Source: Antedon mediterranea (taxonomy: Eukaryota > Animalia > Echinodermata). From it: DNA of 64,000 nt. Positions within the stretch are counted from its first letter, which is position 1, and every line of letters begins with the position of its first letter. This document shows, piece by piece, positions 11,901-23,900 of the stretch. The notes under the pieces were generated by a model, which worked only from the letters and a program-made list of their open reading frames with translations, was not told the origin of the DNA and made no database searches. The DNA lies in contig NC_092673.1 in NCBI RefSeq assembly GCF_964355755.1, positions 33,167,648-33,231,647 on the forward strand. Reading direction: 5' to 3'. Both the position numbers and the translations under genes were made by a program.

Positions 11901-13709
11901 TGATAAGAGTTGACTTGCCAATCCCGGCTCTACCATAACCTAATACCCTAGTTATGGGAACTCCACTACTTGTGTCATTTCTGAACATGTCATGATAAGA
12001 CTTTAGAGGAATTTTAAGTTGTTCATTTGGTTCAAGTAAATCCACAACTAACGTTAAGTTGGTAAACAATGTGTCCATGCTGACAATATCCGAACGATCC
12101 CATGGTAGTAACTGAATCTGGTTCCTCGTTTGAAGATAATTTTGTTTAACAGCGTTGAAGCAAAGTTGTAGAGCGTCGTCTTCACATTCAACACGATGAT
12201 GTGGTGCTGTGGTAGATAAAAGGAATTCATTCATATACATTTATTTATCAACAGCTTGAGATAATTTCAGCATAAATATATTAATCAAACAAGAAAATAA
12301 ACTGTTGATAGGGTCCCAAACTAGAAGATAAATCCTTGTCTCGTGAAGAGGAATAATTTAGTTTGGTTGGAACCGGTCGGTAAATCAAGGCCCGTATCAT
12401 AGAAAATGGACAGATTTTAATGTTGCCGTGCCCAGTATTTCTTTGTGTAAAATTTAATAAAATCCGGCTCTCTTAGTGAGTTAAAGTCGGTATCATTCAT
12501 AGGTAATACTAACCACTGGGAAAGACATGTTCTATCTTTTCTTCCAAGCTCCCCACTGTATTAGTTAGATTCTGGACAACGACCTGTGTATTCTGTTGTC
12601 CACGAACTAATAATGCCAGACTTCCCTTCAAATCCAATTCATCCTGTACTCTTCCGATATCATGTACTGTATCCTGACCCTCAGCTGCAGATGTTGTTCT
12701 GGTGGCTACTTTATATGACTCCGCACTTGAATTAATATATTTCTTTTGTATTGCATTGCTTTCTTTCCTATCGACGTGTTGGTTCGTATCAGGTGTAAAC
12801 AACTTGTCAATGTTAAGTTTGTCTGGGTCTACTTTTTCGGGAGAGCTAACTTTGTAGTTAAGTTGTGAACACGTTTCTTTAAATAGGCCTGTGTTTAGTG
12901 TTAAAATTGGTGTAGAGTTTGTGGGTTGAGTAAGCCTAGTTTCAAATTGCTGTTTATCGGTACTCTTTAAAGCATCCATTTGATCTTTTAAAGTTCTCAT
13001 TGAAGTTTTGACATCTTCTTGGCCATCCAAAACATCTCTAATCGCTGATTCATTTTGTTTAGTGACTGATGAGATTGTCTGCAGTTCTCGTTGGATGCCT
13101 CCAACTATTTCTTTCAGTTCTTCCTCAAGCTCTCTGATTTCTTCGATAACCTTCTGTTGGTCAGTAACACTAATATCCTTAGAAGCATACAAATCAATCA
13201 CCTTTTTGTCAACTCCTAATATTTGCAGCATTTTTGACAAACGAATCCATTCATTATTGAAATCAGCTGGACTAATACGACAGCAATCCGGGTGTGCTTT
13301 AGCGTTTCTGAAGTTCTTGAGACGAACGATGTTCGCTAATTCGGAATTCCCAGGCATCTCATTCCATTTGCTTTCATCAACCATATTATCTTTAAACACG
13401 CATAAATGCTTTATCAACATAAATAACAAAGTGATATCAAGTTTTTTTATATCAGCTTTTCCTTTCATGGGGAATAACATCTTGTTTTGTTTCTGTTCTT
13501 GTCAGTGTATTTGGTTTCAAATTTTCGATAAGTTTATCTCTATTATTTGCCAAGAATTCGTGAAGTTGGCTTGGCTGTAGGACTAGGCCATAACCAGAAG
13601 CATGGCTAAGAAAAAAACGTCTCATTGCCTCTGTACCTTCTGAGAGTAGCAAACAACAAATACGCGAATAGTTTTCGGTTTCCTTATCATAAACCGGAAG
13701 ACTTGCCAT
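8913..13709 (-). CDS. HEPN-coiled-coil-NACHT-LRR NLR-like protein, copy B (coding exons 13709-12514, 12206-9365, 8979-8913), with a +1 frameshift near 13480-13501
   Basis: Same exon layout, intron phases and motifs as copy A (GRAGIGKST, VLLDACDEY, FFHKTAQE, RLKNFRNAKAH, last exon RYSGECVPPGIDINNFKKIELY*). The summed exon length of 4105 nt is 3n+1. The HEPN domain is split over ORFs 13452..13736 and 12509..13480. It may be a pseudogene, a null allele or an assembly error. Confidence 0.85.
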
Positions 13710-13994
13710 GGTTTCAGCTGAAACTGTGTTAGCCAATTTAGGAACTGTGGATTAAATGAAGAAATTCGATTTAATAATGGGTTCTACTAGTACCTCTATT
13801 TTAAGGAAATATCCCTAAAATAAAAGGAAATTTCGTGATATGAATGAGGGTCAGACAGTAGGCCTATGTCTTAAACATAATGGTGGCGGTGAGGAAGTGG
13901 ATAAAGGCTTATACTTACTATAAATAATCTATTTTGTGGACCTCTTGGATTCATTTCATTCTTTTTAGTAGGCCTCGTTTGTCGTTTGTGTCAA

Positions 13995-14035
13995 TGCACC
14001 AATGGACCAACGGCTTAACTTCTCATCCGATAGAT
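13995..14035 (-). mobile_element. SINE core fragment (Deu-domain-like)
   Basis: The reverse complement reads tcggatgagaagttaagccgttggtcc, which resembles the conserved central motif of deuterostome SINEs (recalled, not searched). Confidence 0.4.
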
Positions 14036-15179
14036 CCGGTAAGGGACTCACGTCCACCCACACTCTGCCCTAGCAATGCGATGTGGCCGACCCTTTCTGA
14101 AACCTAAATACAAAATTGAAATTCAATATAAGTATTGTTTTATACTTGTTGCCTTTTTGACCTTAATTGGTATCGGCCACCCAACATGTAGCCTATCGTA
14201 AACTTGAAATTAGTTGTTCCTGATTTAGGCCTCATAGGAGGCTTGCCCTAGTCCAACTCCCGATCTTGATCATATCATAGTTATCTTATCTGGATATCAA
14301 GAAAGATTAAACGAGTCACCGTGTGTGACACCCACTAACTTAACTTACCAACGGCAAATAGCTAGCCTACTGGCCTTTAGATTGCGCCGAAATAAAGGAT
14401 TTGTAACATCTGTCGTATTTAACCAATATGGCGGTTGATGGGTGTAAGATTTGGTTTGAGGTAAACTGTATAAATAGAAACATTACGACTTTTAGAAATT
14501 CCAAATCGTCTTCATTTCCGATCCAAAAAAGTTAGTACCAAGGCCCAAAGAAAGCACTGTAATTTGTACAATACACAAGTTGGATGTGTTGTGAATAATG
14601 GTAGAGTAATTTAAATATCTGGTGTGGGCGTTCCTTCTGGATCGCCGTAGAAAATGACGCTTGAGCGAGCGAGCACCTGCTGTTGTTGTGTTGTGATGGT
14701 GTGGTGGTGGTGGTGGAGATCTGAGTCGAGTGCCGGTGTAAGATTTAAATGTGTCCGGTGTTTGAAAGTGTCCACTGGACAATTTTCAGCATTGAATAGT
14801 GTAATACCAGCTGTTGAAAATGGCTGCAACCACCCGGGCAGCTTTCATCGATAAAAAAGTAGGACCATCGACATCATATTAACCCCGTAAAAACTAGGGC
14901 ACTGGACGGTCACCAACTCCCGTTAGGGTAATTATAATTCCTTAGAATACCAACTTGAATCGCAAAATATCAAGTCGATTGAAATAAATATTACTATTAT
15001 TATATCTGGAGACATATAGTCTAATCAAATTAAATTGTTTGTTTTTGATTGAGTATATACAACCTGTTGTCAATTTGAAGTAAATCTGACAACTTGAAAA
15101 AATATATAGCCTACCGGTACTGTATTATTATTTCTAGGGAATGAATATCACTAAATCATATAGGCATAGGGCCTACCTA

Positions 15180-15380
15180 TTTTCGTTCTCTCGAAATATT
15201 ATTTCATTGGAATTCGAATTACTAATTCGCGAGAGAACGAAATAATTTCCCTCGAAATTATTTCGTTCTCTCGATCATTCCTTGTCTCGAAGTAGTAATT
15301 CATTTTTTATATTGTTCAGTTCTTGAAATCTTATTTTGTTCTCCCTAAATATATTTGTTCCCTCAAAATATTTTTCAGTT
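15180..15380. repeat. Short direct/inverted repeat cluster (atttcgttctctcga / cgagagaacgaaat)
   Basis: The motif recurs in both orientations and forms a hairpin at ~15182-15243. Confidence 0.55.
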
Positions 15381-15774
15381 CTCAAAATATTATTTTGTAA
15401 TATTCATAATACTGTTACTAATTTAATAATATTAACTGATAACAAAAGTGCTTTAAACAAGTAAGTTCGTCATTGTTAAAGTGAGTTCTTTTTCATTATA
15501 TTTTTTTTCACAGATGCCTGATTTTTGGTTTTATTTAATAAAACATTGAATTGATTAGTCACAATATTTTATTTGTTTCTAGAGATTTTACATTATTTAT
15601 TTATTTATCTAAAATACATTTGAAAAATATTGTTGATGCATATTACCAAAAAATATTTATTTTTTTATATTTTATATGGCAAAATAAACACCTTAATTGC
15701 GCATCAAAATTATTCGTTCACTCAAGGGTATTTCGTTTTTTTGTATTTTTCGAATAATCTCTAAAAAAAAAACG

Positions 15775-16090
15775 TCCACCTCTCCTAAGGGACCACTTCT
15801 CATAATTCCGTAACGACCACCTTTCGCAAATTACCACCTCTATTGAGGTGGTCACTTACGGGAGGTGTAGTCGGTAAAAGAAGTGGTCGTCTACGAGCGG
15901 TGGTAGTTTATGAAAGCAGTCCGTTATGAGAGGTGGTTACCCCTTCAGGAGGTTGTCCATTGTGAGAAGCGGTCCATTAACAGAGGTAGTCCCTTTTAAA
16001 TATTAAAGGTGGTCGCTAACAAAGGTGGTTGCTTACGATCAGAGTGCTAAGTTTTGAAAGCCGATCACTTACGAGAGGTGGATAGACTGA
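15775..16090. mobile_element. Degenerate foldback/MITE-like element built from ACCACCT / AGGTGGT motifs
   Basis: The left part has repeated (g)accacct motifs and the right part has many gaggtggt(c) motifs at ~20-bp spacing. Confidence 0.5.
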
Positions 16091-16119
16091 CGACAAGTAG
16101 AGAAATACATTTGCACATG

Positions 16120-16630
16120 ATTTAGACATTTTTAATTCAACATTTATTAGTTTCTATCAATGGTATAACAATACAATAAAAAGAATGATAATTTATAATG
16201 AGAAAATACAAAAAATACCATTAATAGAGGATCTTGCAAGAAGAGAATACTTGTCACGCAAGACCCATAAACAAAAGAAAAAAATACATTTGTATATAAT
16301 TATTAAATAAAATAAAAAAAAGTCATGACAAAAACATTTTGAAGGTCTAGTTTGAGTACAATGATAACAAATTACTTTTAAGTTTTTTACGAAAAGTTGG
16401 GAGAGAGGAAGAGTTAACAATACTAGTATCTAATTGATTCCAAATTAAAGGGCCAGAAACATAAATAAAGTGAGAAGAACTAGTTAATCTTACAAAAGGA
16501 ATAGTTAACTGAAACTTATGAACAGTACTTCTTAAATTATGACCATGGTTGAAATCAGCAGTGTTAAATAAATTCATCATGGGAGAAGGAAGATTGTTAG
16601 AAAAATATTGAAAGACAAAAGAGGCACTTT
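16120..16630 (-). mobile_element. 5'-truncated LINE (CR1/L2/Crack-like) ORF2 C-terminus plus 3' UTR
   Basis: ORF 16347..16580 ends HNLRS...GPLIWNQLDTSIVNSSSLPTFRKKLK, the typical ORF2 tail of this group. It is followed by an AT-rich UTR with aataaa. Confidence 0.75.
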
Positions 16631-17149
16631 AGGTTTGTAAAATATATAATATATTATTAGCTGGCGATATTAACTACATTAGCTGTGAGGCAATTTTCGT
16701 TACTACATTACCTGTTGAGTTGTATATGAGTATAATGTTGATTTTTATTTGATAAATAAGCTGTTGGTGTTTCTACATCATTAGCTAGTTCTAGGTTTTA
16801 TTATATGGGTGGATTTGACTTTTCTACACTAGCAGTTTTGAACAGGGCCTACTGTGTTTAAATGGAATGCTACAAGTTGTATTATTTTTTTTTATTTATC
16901 GTTTTGTGTACTAAAGTGGCAGCATAATCAGTATTTATTTTTACCAGATGTCCAACAAGGGTAATGTCCCAATTGGTAATTGCCACAATTGTCAGGTCAA
17001 CCTCAAAACAGCGGCTCTCGGGACCGGGAGAGTTGTATGATTTGTTTTTATTATTATTTTTTTTTTAATGCGCCTTGAGCACTCTGTGGTATGTGTGCTA
17101 TAAAAATCCTGTTATTATTATTTGTTATTATTATTTCACCTTTTAGTCG

Positions 17150-19680
17150 TGTCTGTCTTAAAGTAAAGTGATCTTTAATTGGAAGAGGACCAGTACAATT
17201 ACTTGTTTTTAATCACATGATTATAAACTATTTATTCCTCTTGTCTGTGCTCGTACAAAATAATAAAACGGTCGCTAATTGGAAGTGTATTAAAGTAAAG
17301 TGATCTTTAATTGGAAGAGGACCAGTACAATTACTTGTTTTTTATCACATGATTATAAACTATTTATTCCTCTTGTCTGTACTCATACAAAATAATAAAA
17401 CGGTCGCTAAATGGAAGTGTTTAAATTGAAGTGATCTTTAATTTGAAGAGGACCAGTACAATTACTTGTTTTTTATCACATGATTATAAACTATTTCTTC
17501 TTCTTGTCTTTATTCATACAAAATAATATAACGGTCGCTAATTAGAGGTGTCTTAAAGTAAAGTGATCTTTAATTGGAAGCGGACCAGTACATTTACTTA
17601 ATTTTGTCACATAATTAAACTATTAATTATTCTTACCTTTACTCATACCAATTAATAAAAATGGTCGCTAATTAGAGGTGTCTTAAAGTAAAGTGATCTT
17701 TATTTGGAAGCGGACCAGTACAGTTACTTAATTTTGTCACATAATTAAAACTATTAATTATTATTGTCTTTACTCATACCAATTAATATAATGGTCGCTA
17801 ATTGGAGGTGTTTTAGGTAAAGTGATTTTTAATGGAAGAGGACCACTTCATTTACTTGTTTTTGTCATATACTTAACAATTATTTATTCTTTTTGTCTTT
17901 ATTAATACTAAATAATATAATGGTCGCTAATTGGAGGTTTCTTTAAGTAAAGTGATCTATAACTGGAAGAGGACTAGTACAGTTACTTAATTTTGTCACT
18001 ATCATAATTAAAACTATGTATTCTTCTTGTATTTAGTCCTACCAATTAATAAAATGGTCGCTAATTAGAGGTGTCTTAAAGTAAAGTGACCTTTAATTGG
18101 AAGCGGACCAGTACATTTACTTAATTTTGTCACATAATTAAACTATTAATTATTCTTGCCTTTACTCATACCAATTAATAAAAATGGTCACTAATTAGAG
18201 GTGTCTTAAAGTAAAGTGATCTTTAATTGGAAGCGGACCAGTCAGTACAGTTACTTAATTTTGTCACATAATTAAAACTATTAATTATTATTGTCTTTAC
18301 TCATACCAATTAATAAAATGGTCGCTAATTGGAGGTGTTTTAAGTAAAGTGGTCCTTTATTGAAAGAGGGCCAGTACAATTACTTGTTTTTTGTCACATA
18401 ATTAATAACTATATATTCTTCTTGCTTTATTAATACTAAATAATATAATGGTCGCTAATTGGAGGTTTCTTTAAGTAACGTGATCTATAACTGGAAGAGG
18501 ACTAGTACAGTTATTTAATTTTGTCACTATCATAATTAAAACTATGTATTCTTCTTGTATTTACTTCTACCAATTAATAAAAATGGTCGCTAATTAGAGG
18601 TGTCTTAAAGTAAAGTGACCTTTAATTGGAAGCGGACCAGTACATTTACTTAATTTTGTCACATAATTAAACTATTAATTATTCTTGCCTTTACTCATAC
18701 CAATTAATAAAAATGGTCATTAATTTGAGGTGTCTTAAAGTAAAGTGATCTTTAATTGGAAGCGGACCAGTCAGTACAGTTACTTAATTTTGTCACATAA
18801 TTAAAACTATTAATTATTATTGTCTTTACTCATACCAATTAATAAAATGGTCGCTAATTGGAGGTGTTTTAAGTAAAGTGGTCCTTTATTGAAAGAGGGC
18901 CAGTACAATTACTTGTTTTTTGTCACATAATTAATAACTATATATTCTTCTTGCTTTATTAATACTAAATAATATAATGGTCGCTAATTGGAGGTTTCTT
19001 TAAGTAACGTGATCTATAACTGGAAGAGGACTAGTACAGTTATTTAATTTTGTCACTATCATAATTAAAACTATGTATTCTTCTTGTATTTACTTCTACC
19101 AATTAATAAAAATGGTCGCTAATTAGAGGTGTCTTAAAGTAAAGTGACCTTTAATTGGAAGCGGACCAGTACATTTACTTAATTTTGTCACATAATTAAA
19201 CTATCAATTATTCTTGCCTTTACTCATACCAATTAATAAAAATGGTCATTAATTTGAGGTGTCTTAAAGTAAAGTGATCTTTAATTGGAAGCGGACCAGT
19301 CAGTACAGTTACTTAATTTTGTCACATAATTAAAACTATTAATTATTATTGTCTTTACTCATACCAATTAATAAAATGGTCGCTAATTGGAGGTGTTTTA
19401 AGTAAAGTGGTCCTTTATTGAAAGAGGTCCAGTACAATTACTTGTTTTTTGTCACATAATTAAAAACTATATATTCTTCTTGCTTTATTAATACTAAATA
19501 ATATAATGGTCGCTAATTGGAGGTGTTTTAGGTAAAGTGATTTTTAATTGGAAGAGGAACACTTCATTTACTTGTTTTTGTCACATACTTAACAATTATT
19601 TATTCTTCTTGTCTTTTCACATACCATATAATATAATGGTCCCTAATTGGAGGTGTTTAGGCAAAGCGATCTTTAATTAG
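17150..19680. repeat. Satellite, ~130-134-bp monomer x ~19, with a 529-bp 4-mer higher-order repeat
   Basis: The monomer core is ggtcgctaattRgaggtgtcttaaagtaaagtgatctttaattggaag. The diagnostic variant ggtcctttattgaaagagg occurs at 18351, 18880 and 19409 (period 529). Confidence 0.95.
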
Positions 19681-20473
19681 AAAAAAAAAATTTGTTTGGC
19701 ATCATTAAGTATTATTGGTTATTAAAAGAAGACAAGACAAGTGCAGGCGTGATAAAAACAACCACCTATCATAAAACGTATGATACAGTATTTAATAGTG
19801 GACGCATTTCAATCCATGGGTCAGACATTATTAAACGGGCCGGACAGCATTAAATTGTTGAAAAACGCCCACGAACCCGTTGAAACATGCAACTGGACAC
19901 TATCCAATGCTGAAAAGTGTCCACCCGGACACTTTTGAATGCTGGACACAATTCAATCTTACACCGGATAAGGCGATGAGTGTATGTTCCAAAAAATCCT
20001 AATTTTCTTCCTTAAGACACTCTTCTATATAATATAAAGCAAGGTAACATATATGTATATCGTCATGTATAATATTTTACAGCAATAGTCTTACTGCTTT
20101 ATATATATACAGTGACTTCTTGCCGGATTGCCTAGGCCACGCTTTGTGTTTACCGTAGGACACTGATTTGAAGAATAAGGTAGTGTGATGTGCCTGGATT
20201 TCGGGGAATATTAAAACAGACTAGGCCTAGACTACTAGACTTACCACATCTGGTTTAGGTGTTGTGGCGCAAAATGAAAATCAATTTAATTTTTTAATTT
20301 CCGTCTTAGTTTTGATTTCGTAGCTTTCTGTTTTAATTTTTAAGTAAGGCCTTATTTATACTAAAAAAATTAAGTAATATTACTTGAATCATGGAGGTAT
20401 AAATTGTATACCTCCATGCTTTAATTAGGCTAGAACCGGTTGAGTTTTTGACATGGAAATTGCGTTGTTTGCC

Positions 20474-20750
20474 ATACCAGAGAGTGATAGTGTAAATAAT
20501 TATCTGACTAGCATGTGATAAGCAATTGGGTTTAAATACCAATTGTAATCCTTATGTAAGATTGTGTCCTTTTTTTTTTGCCTTATCCTTTGGATGTGAT
20601 ATAAAGCAATTGGTTCTGTGTACATACAGTAGAGTACACTATTTAAAATGCGTAGGGGATTATCTTCCTATGTGCTGATCTGCGTAGGCGCTTCATTGCT
20701 GCCTGCCGTGGGTTCATCCGGCCTTATCTGAATTTCCTCAGTTTCCAGTT
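20474..20750 (+). mobile_element. Degenerate pieces of the SINE family seen intact at 60112-60459
   Basis: gagagtgatagtgtaa..gactagcatgtgata and gtaggcgcttcattgctgcctgccgtgggt..ggcct..tctgaatttcctca match the tRNA-like part and tail of the 60.1 kb copy. Confidence 0.65.
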
Positions 20751-20912
20751 TAGCTTGATTGAGGAGATAATACAGTAAATACCTTTACCATCAAATGTGA
20801 ATGTGGGTGTATGCGATTAGCAACTAGAAGTACTTTCCTGAATCCAACTTCACTATGCCTCTCATTGATTCTCATAACATAATGATTTTTTGTGCACTTG
20901 CAAATTGTGTAG

Positions 20913-23900
20913 ATGTCGGTTAATCCTGATTCCAAGGATCTTCCGGAAGGATGGGTTTTAAAATTGTCAAGAGGTCATGGTATACCTTACTACTTCGACA
21001 CAAAGACAGGACAGTCATCTTGGAAAAAGCCCACTACTGTGGTAAGTTAAAAATAAAATAATGGATGAATATTATTATTTTTGAAATTTGAATTATTATT
21101 ATTGAAAAAAAAGATAGACTTGCATTAAATGCAGGCCTTGTCTTTTTAGTTGTAGAGTGTGATCACTTGTCTCCTAAAATGCCCTTGAGGAGTGTGACAA
21201 CACACTTAAATTTTACACACCATGAAACAAATGGCACTCCTGAATTTGTAGCACATTTTTCATAAAGACAATGCCTGGAAATGTCTAATTTAGTTTCTTA
21301 TATTATAATAATTAATATGTTTCGTTTTATAGACTTTACCAAATAAAACAAAAAATAAAAGTTTGTCAAAGGAAAAAGCAAATAATGTTGATTTTCAAGC
21401 TAAAGAAAAAGACAGTTCATTTGTAAACAAAATGAAAGGAGAAATAAAGAAATATCGTGAAACTTACAGTAAAATGTCACAAATTCGAAAGAAAAGTGTT
21501 GAACAAAAACAGAAAGAAGTTCAGGAAAAGTTTAAGAAGTTTTATGAACAAAAGGCAATAAAGAAAATGAACAAGAAAACTGTACAAAGGGCACATGAAT
21601 CGTCAAAAAAAGTACAAATTATTGAAAAGAAAACAATTCCTGAAACAAATACTGAGATTAACAAGAAGATAGGAAAGCCTAAACCCAAAATGATTTCAAA
21701 TAAAGAAACGGAAAAGATAAGCAGAGAAATAAAAACTGTCAATAAGTTAAACAATGTGAAAAAAGAAGTTACTCATAAAAATCCTAAAAAGTCTCCAGAT
21801 AAGCATAAACCAGAACAAAGAGAACTGATTGTTATTAGAAGTAAAAGGAAAAGAAGAAAAAATAAGTTAAAAAATGAAGATATTAACATGTCGGAGAAAA
21901 GCCATAGTATAAAGTCAAATAAGGGAAAGCAAAAATCATCTCAGTGTAAGAAGAACATCCAGACCATTGCAACATTGAATAAATTAAATACACAGTGTGC
22001 TAAAGAAAGAATTAAAAGTGCTCTCCCATGTTTGGAGATAAAAAAGAATTGGAATATAAGTATTACAAAATCTCTTTCTAAAAGACCATTCTCTCACTCG
22101 TCTGTGTCATCTTCTACTCTGGCAAGTGCATCATCAGCAGATGTTGAATTTATATCAGAAACATCTCTGGTAACCATAAACACCAGGAGGAAAATTGTTC
22201 GAGAAGATGTTGACTCTGAAGATGTCTGGATGGAGGGAATTGAAGGTGAGTATTTTGTTGGATGTTTACCAGTGGAAGAGTACTTAAAATAAATACTCCT
22301 GGCATCAGATCAAAAAAAGAATCAGTTAGCTGGTCATTGTAGGAGCTGCATTGCTGGCTGTTGTCTGTCAGTAAATGCCTGATTGGAATTTCCTAAGTTT
22401 CCAGTTACACTACTGTTAATAATACATTTAAATAAAGAATGCCATAAATGAAATAAATATACCTAAAAATGACATAATCTTGTATTTTTTCAGTTACTGA
22501 TCCTGGTGATGTAAATCAAATCATTGAAGATATTCACATGGAATCACAAGAAAGGGTTTGCTAAAATACTTAAAAATTGTTACAGGCATAGACAAATTTC
22601 TAAACCGCCCAGTGATATAAGCTAGAAATTAATTACTTTTTTAACAGTAAAGATGAGGAAATCTTTGAAAAATCAAAGATTTGAACCCCGAACCTTCTGC
22701 TTGATATTTACAGTAGACATCCTATCATTCATGGTATAGGGACTCTTTAACAAACACAGAAAAGTTCTTGAAAGTATGTATGCGCAACAGAGGTAAAATT
22801 TATACACCTCATCTGTTTACTTTGAAAGGTTATACACTACTCTATAACTCCCATTAAAGGGACACCTCCTTGACCCACCATATTGTCCCTTAATAGTGTT
22901 TTCCCTTGAATAGAGGTTGTTTGTAATGCTAAAACATATCTTGCTATTTTTACAGAAAAGTGTAGGTGCGGGTGTCCCAAAGAAGGGGTTTACTGTATTT
23001 TATATAAATTGATTTTTTTTTAATACATTTTTTTTCCAGTTTCAGCCAGTTTATGTTGTGCTTGATACTAATGTACTTATAACAAGCTGGACATTTTTAC
23101 GACAAATTACGAAAACTAACTCTAAAGGTATAGCAATAGATAAATAGTGTTTAAATGTTAAAATTTACTTGTATTTGGAGGTGGCTCAGCCGATCCGGGC
23201 CTTCCTAAAACATAGGTTAAGTTCAGCGCTTCATTTCACAATTTTTAGGCCTTCTCCTATTTCAAAATCATGTATCCGCCACTGACATTTTCTATGGCCA
23301 CTTTCAACTGTGCTGATACAGTATAGTGCACAGTGATTATCAGCATTCTTGACTGTGCATAAAATTCATTGTTACTTACCGGAAATATTTATCAAGCTTC
23401 TAATGTCTATTATACAGTAAGGCCTCTTTATTTCCAATGACTTATCACCACAGATTACTAGATGCATGGTTGACTGTGCCGATAAGAAATGATTACATGC
23501 TCATGCCGATAGTCATTTCCATATTATAATCAAAATATTTATTCTTGATGTACAGAGTTCCCGTATGTATGTTTTATTGTACCTTGGGTCGTCATCCAAG
23601 AACTTGACGGCTTAAAGCAGTCACAGAGGTCAAGCACTCTTAGAGTTGATGTCATGAATGCTATCAAGTATGTCAATCAAGCCATCAGAGAGAAGCACCG
23701 GATGATTGGTCAGTCAATAAAAGATGTAAGTGGCCATTCTTACGGCCAGACCTCAAATTTATTGGACGTGATACTTCTTGATTTCTAATTGAAAATTAGT
23801 TATTCCTCAGTACCTGTTTTGGAAGTCAGATACAGCAGGTGCCTTCTGAAAGGTGAAAACAATATGAATTTAGTTTTTAGAAGACACAGACCCACAACCC

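Larger units (their letters stand above)
14733..19967. mobile_element. ~5.2 kb segment bounded by ~70-bp imperfect inverted repeats (14733-14802 and 19896-19967)
   Basis: ccggtgtaagatttaaatgtgtccggtgtttgaaagtgtccactggacaattttcagcattgaatagtgt pairs with acactatccaatgctgaaaagtgtccacccggacacttttgaatgctggacacaattcaatcttacaccgg. No clear TSD and no transposase ORF. Confidence 0.5.

Noticed and set aside
1010-12240. ORF-track starts and stops of the 898-aa and 959-aa NACHT ORFs as complete genes
   Set aside because: Both are internal exons: the TAG lies within the donor GTAG, and in-frame acceptors exist at 3819 and 12206.
1050-13580. Plus-strand ORFs overlapping the NLR exons (e.g. 1554..1898, 11534..11890, 13008..13580)
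   Set aside because: Antisense shadows of the real CDSs; their similarity between copies simply follows the paralogy.
20389-20420. ATGGAG|GTATAA as a first coding exon of SWT1
   Set aside because: It is part of the palindrome catggaggtat..atacctccatg that recurs at 43701, so it is a repeat; ATG 20913 suffices.
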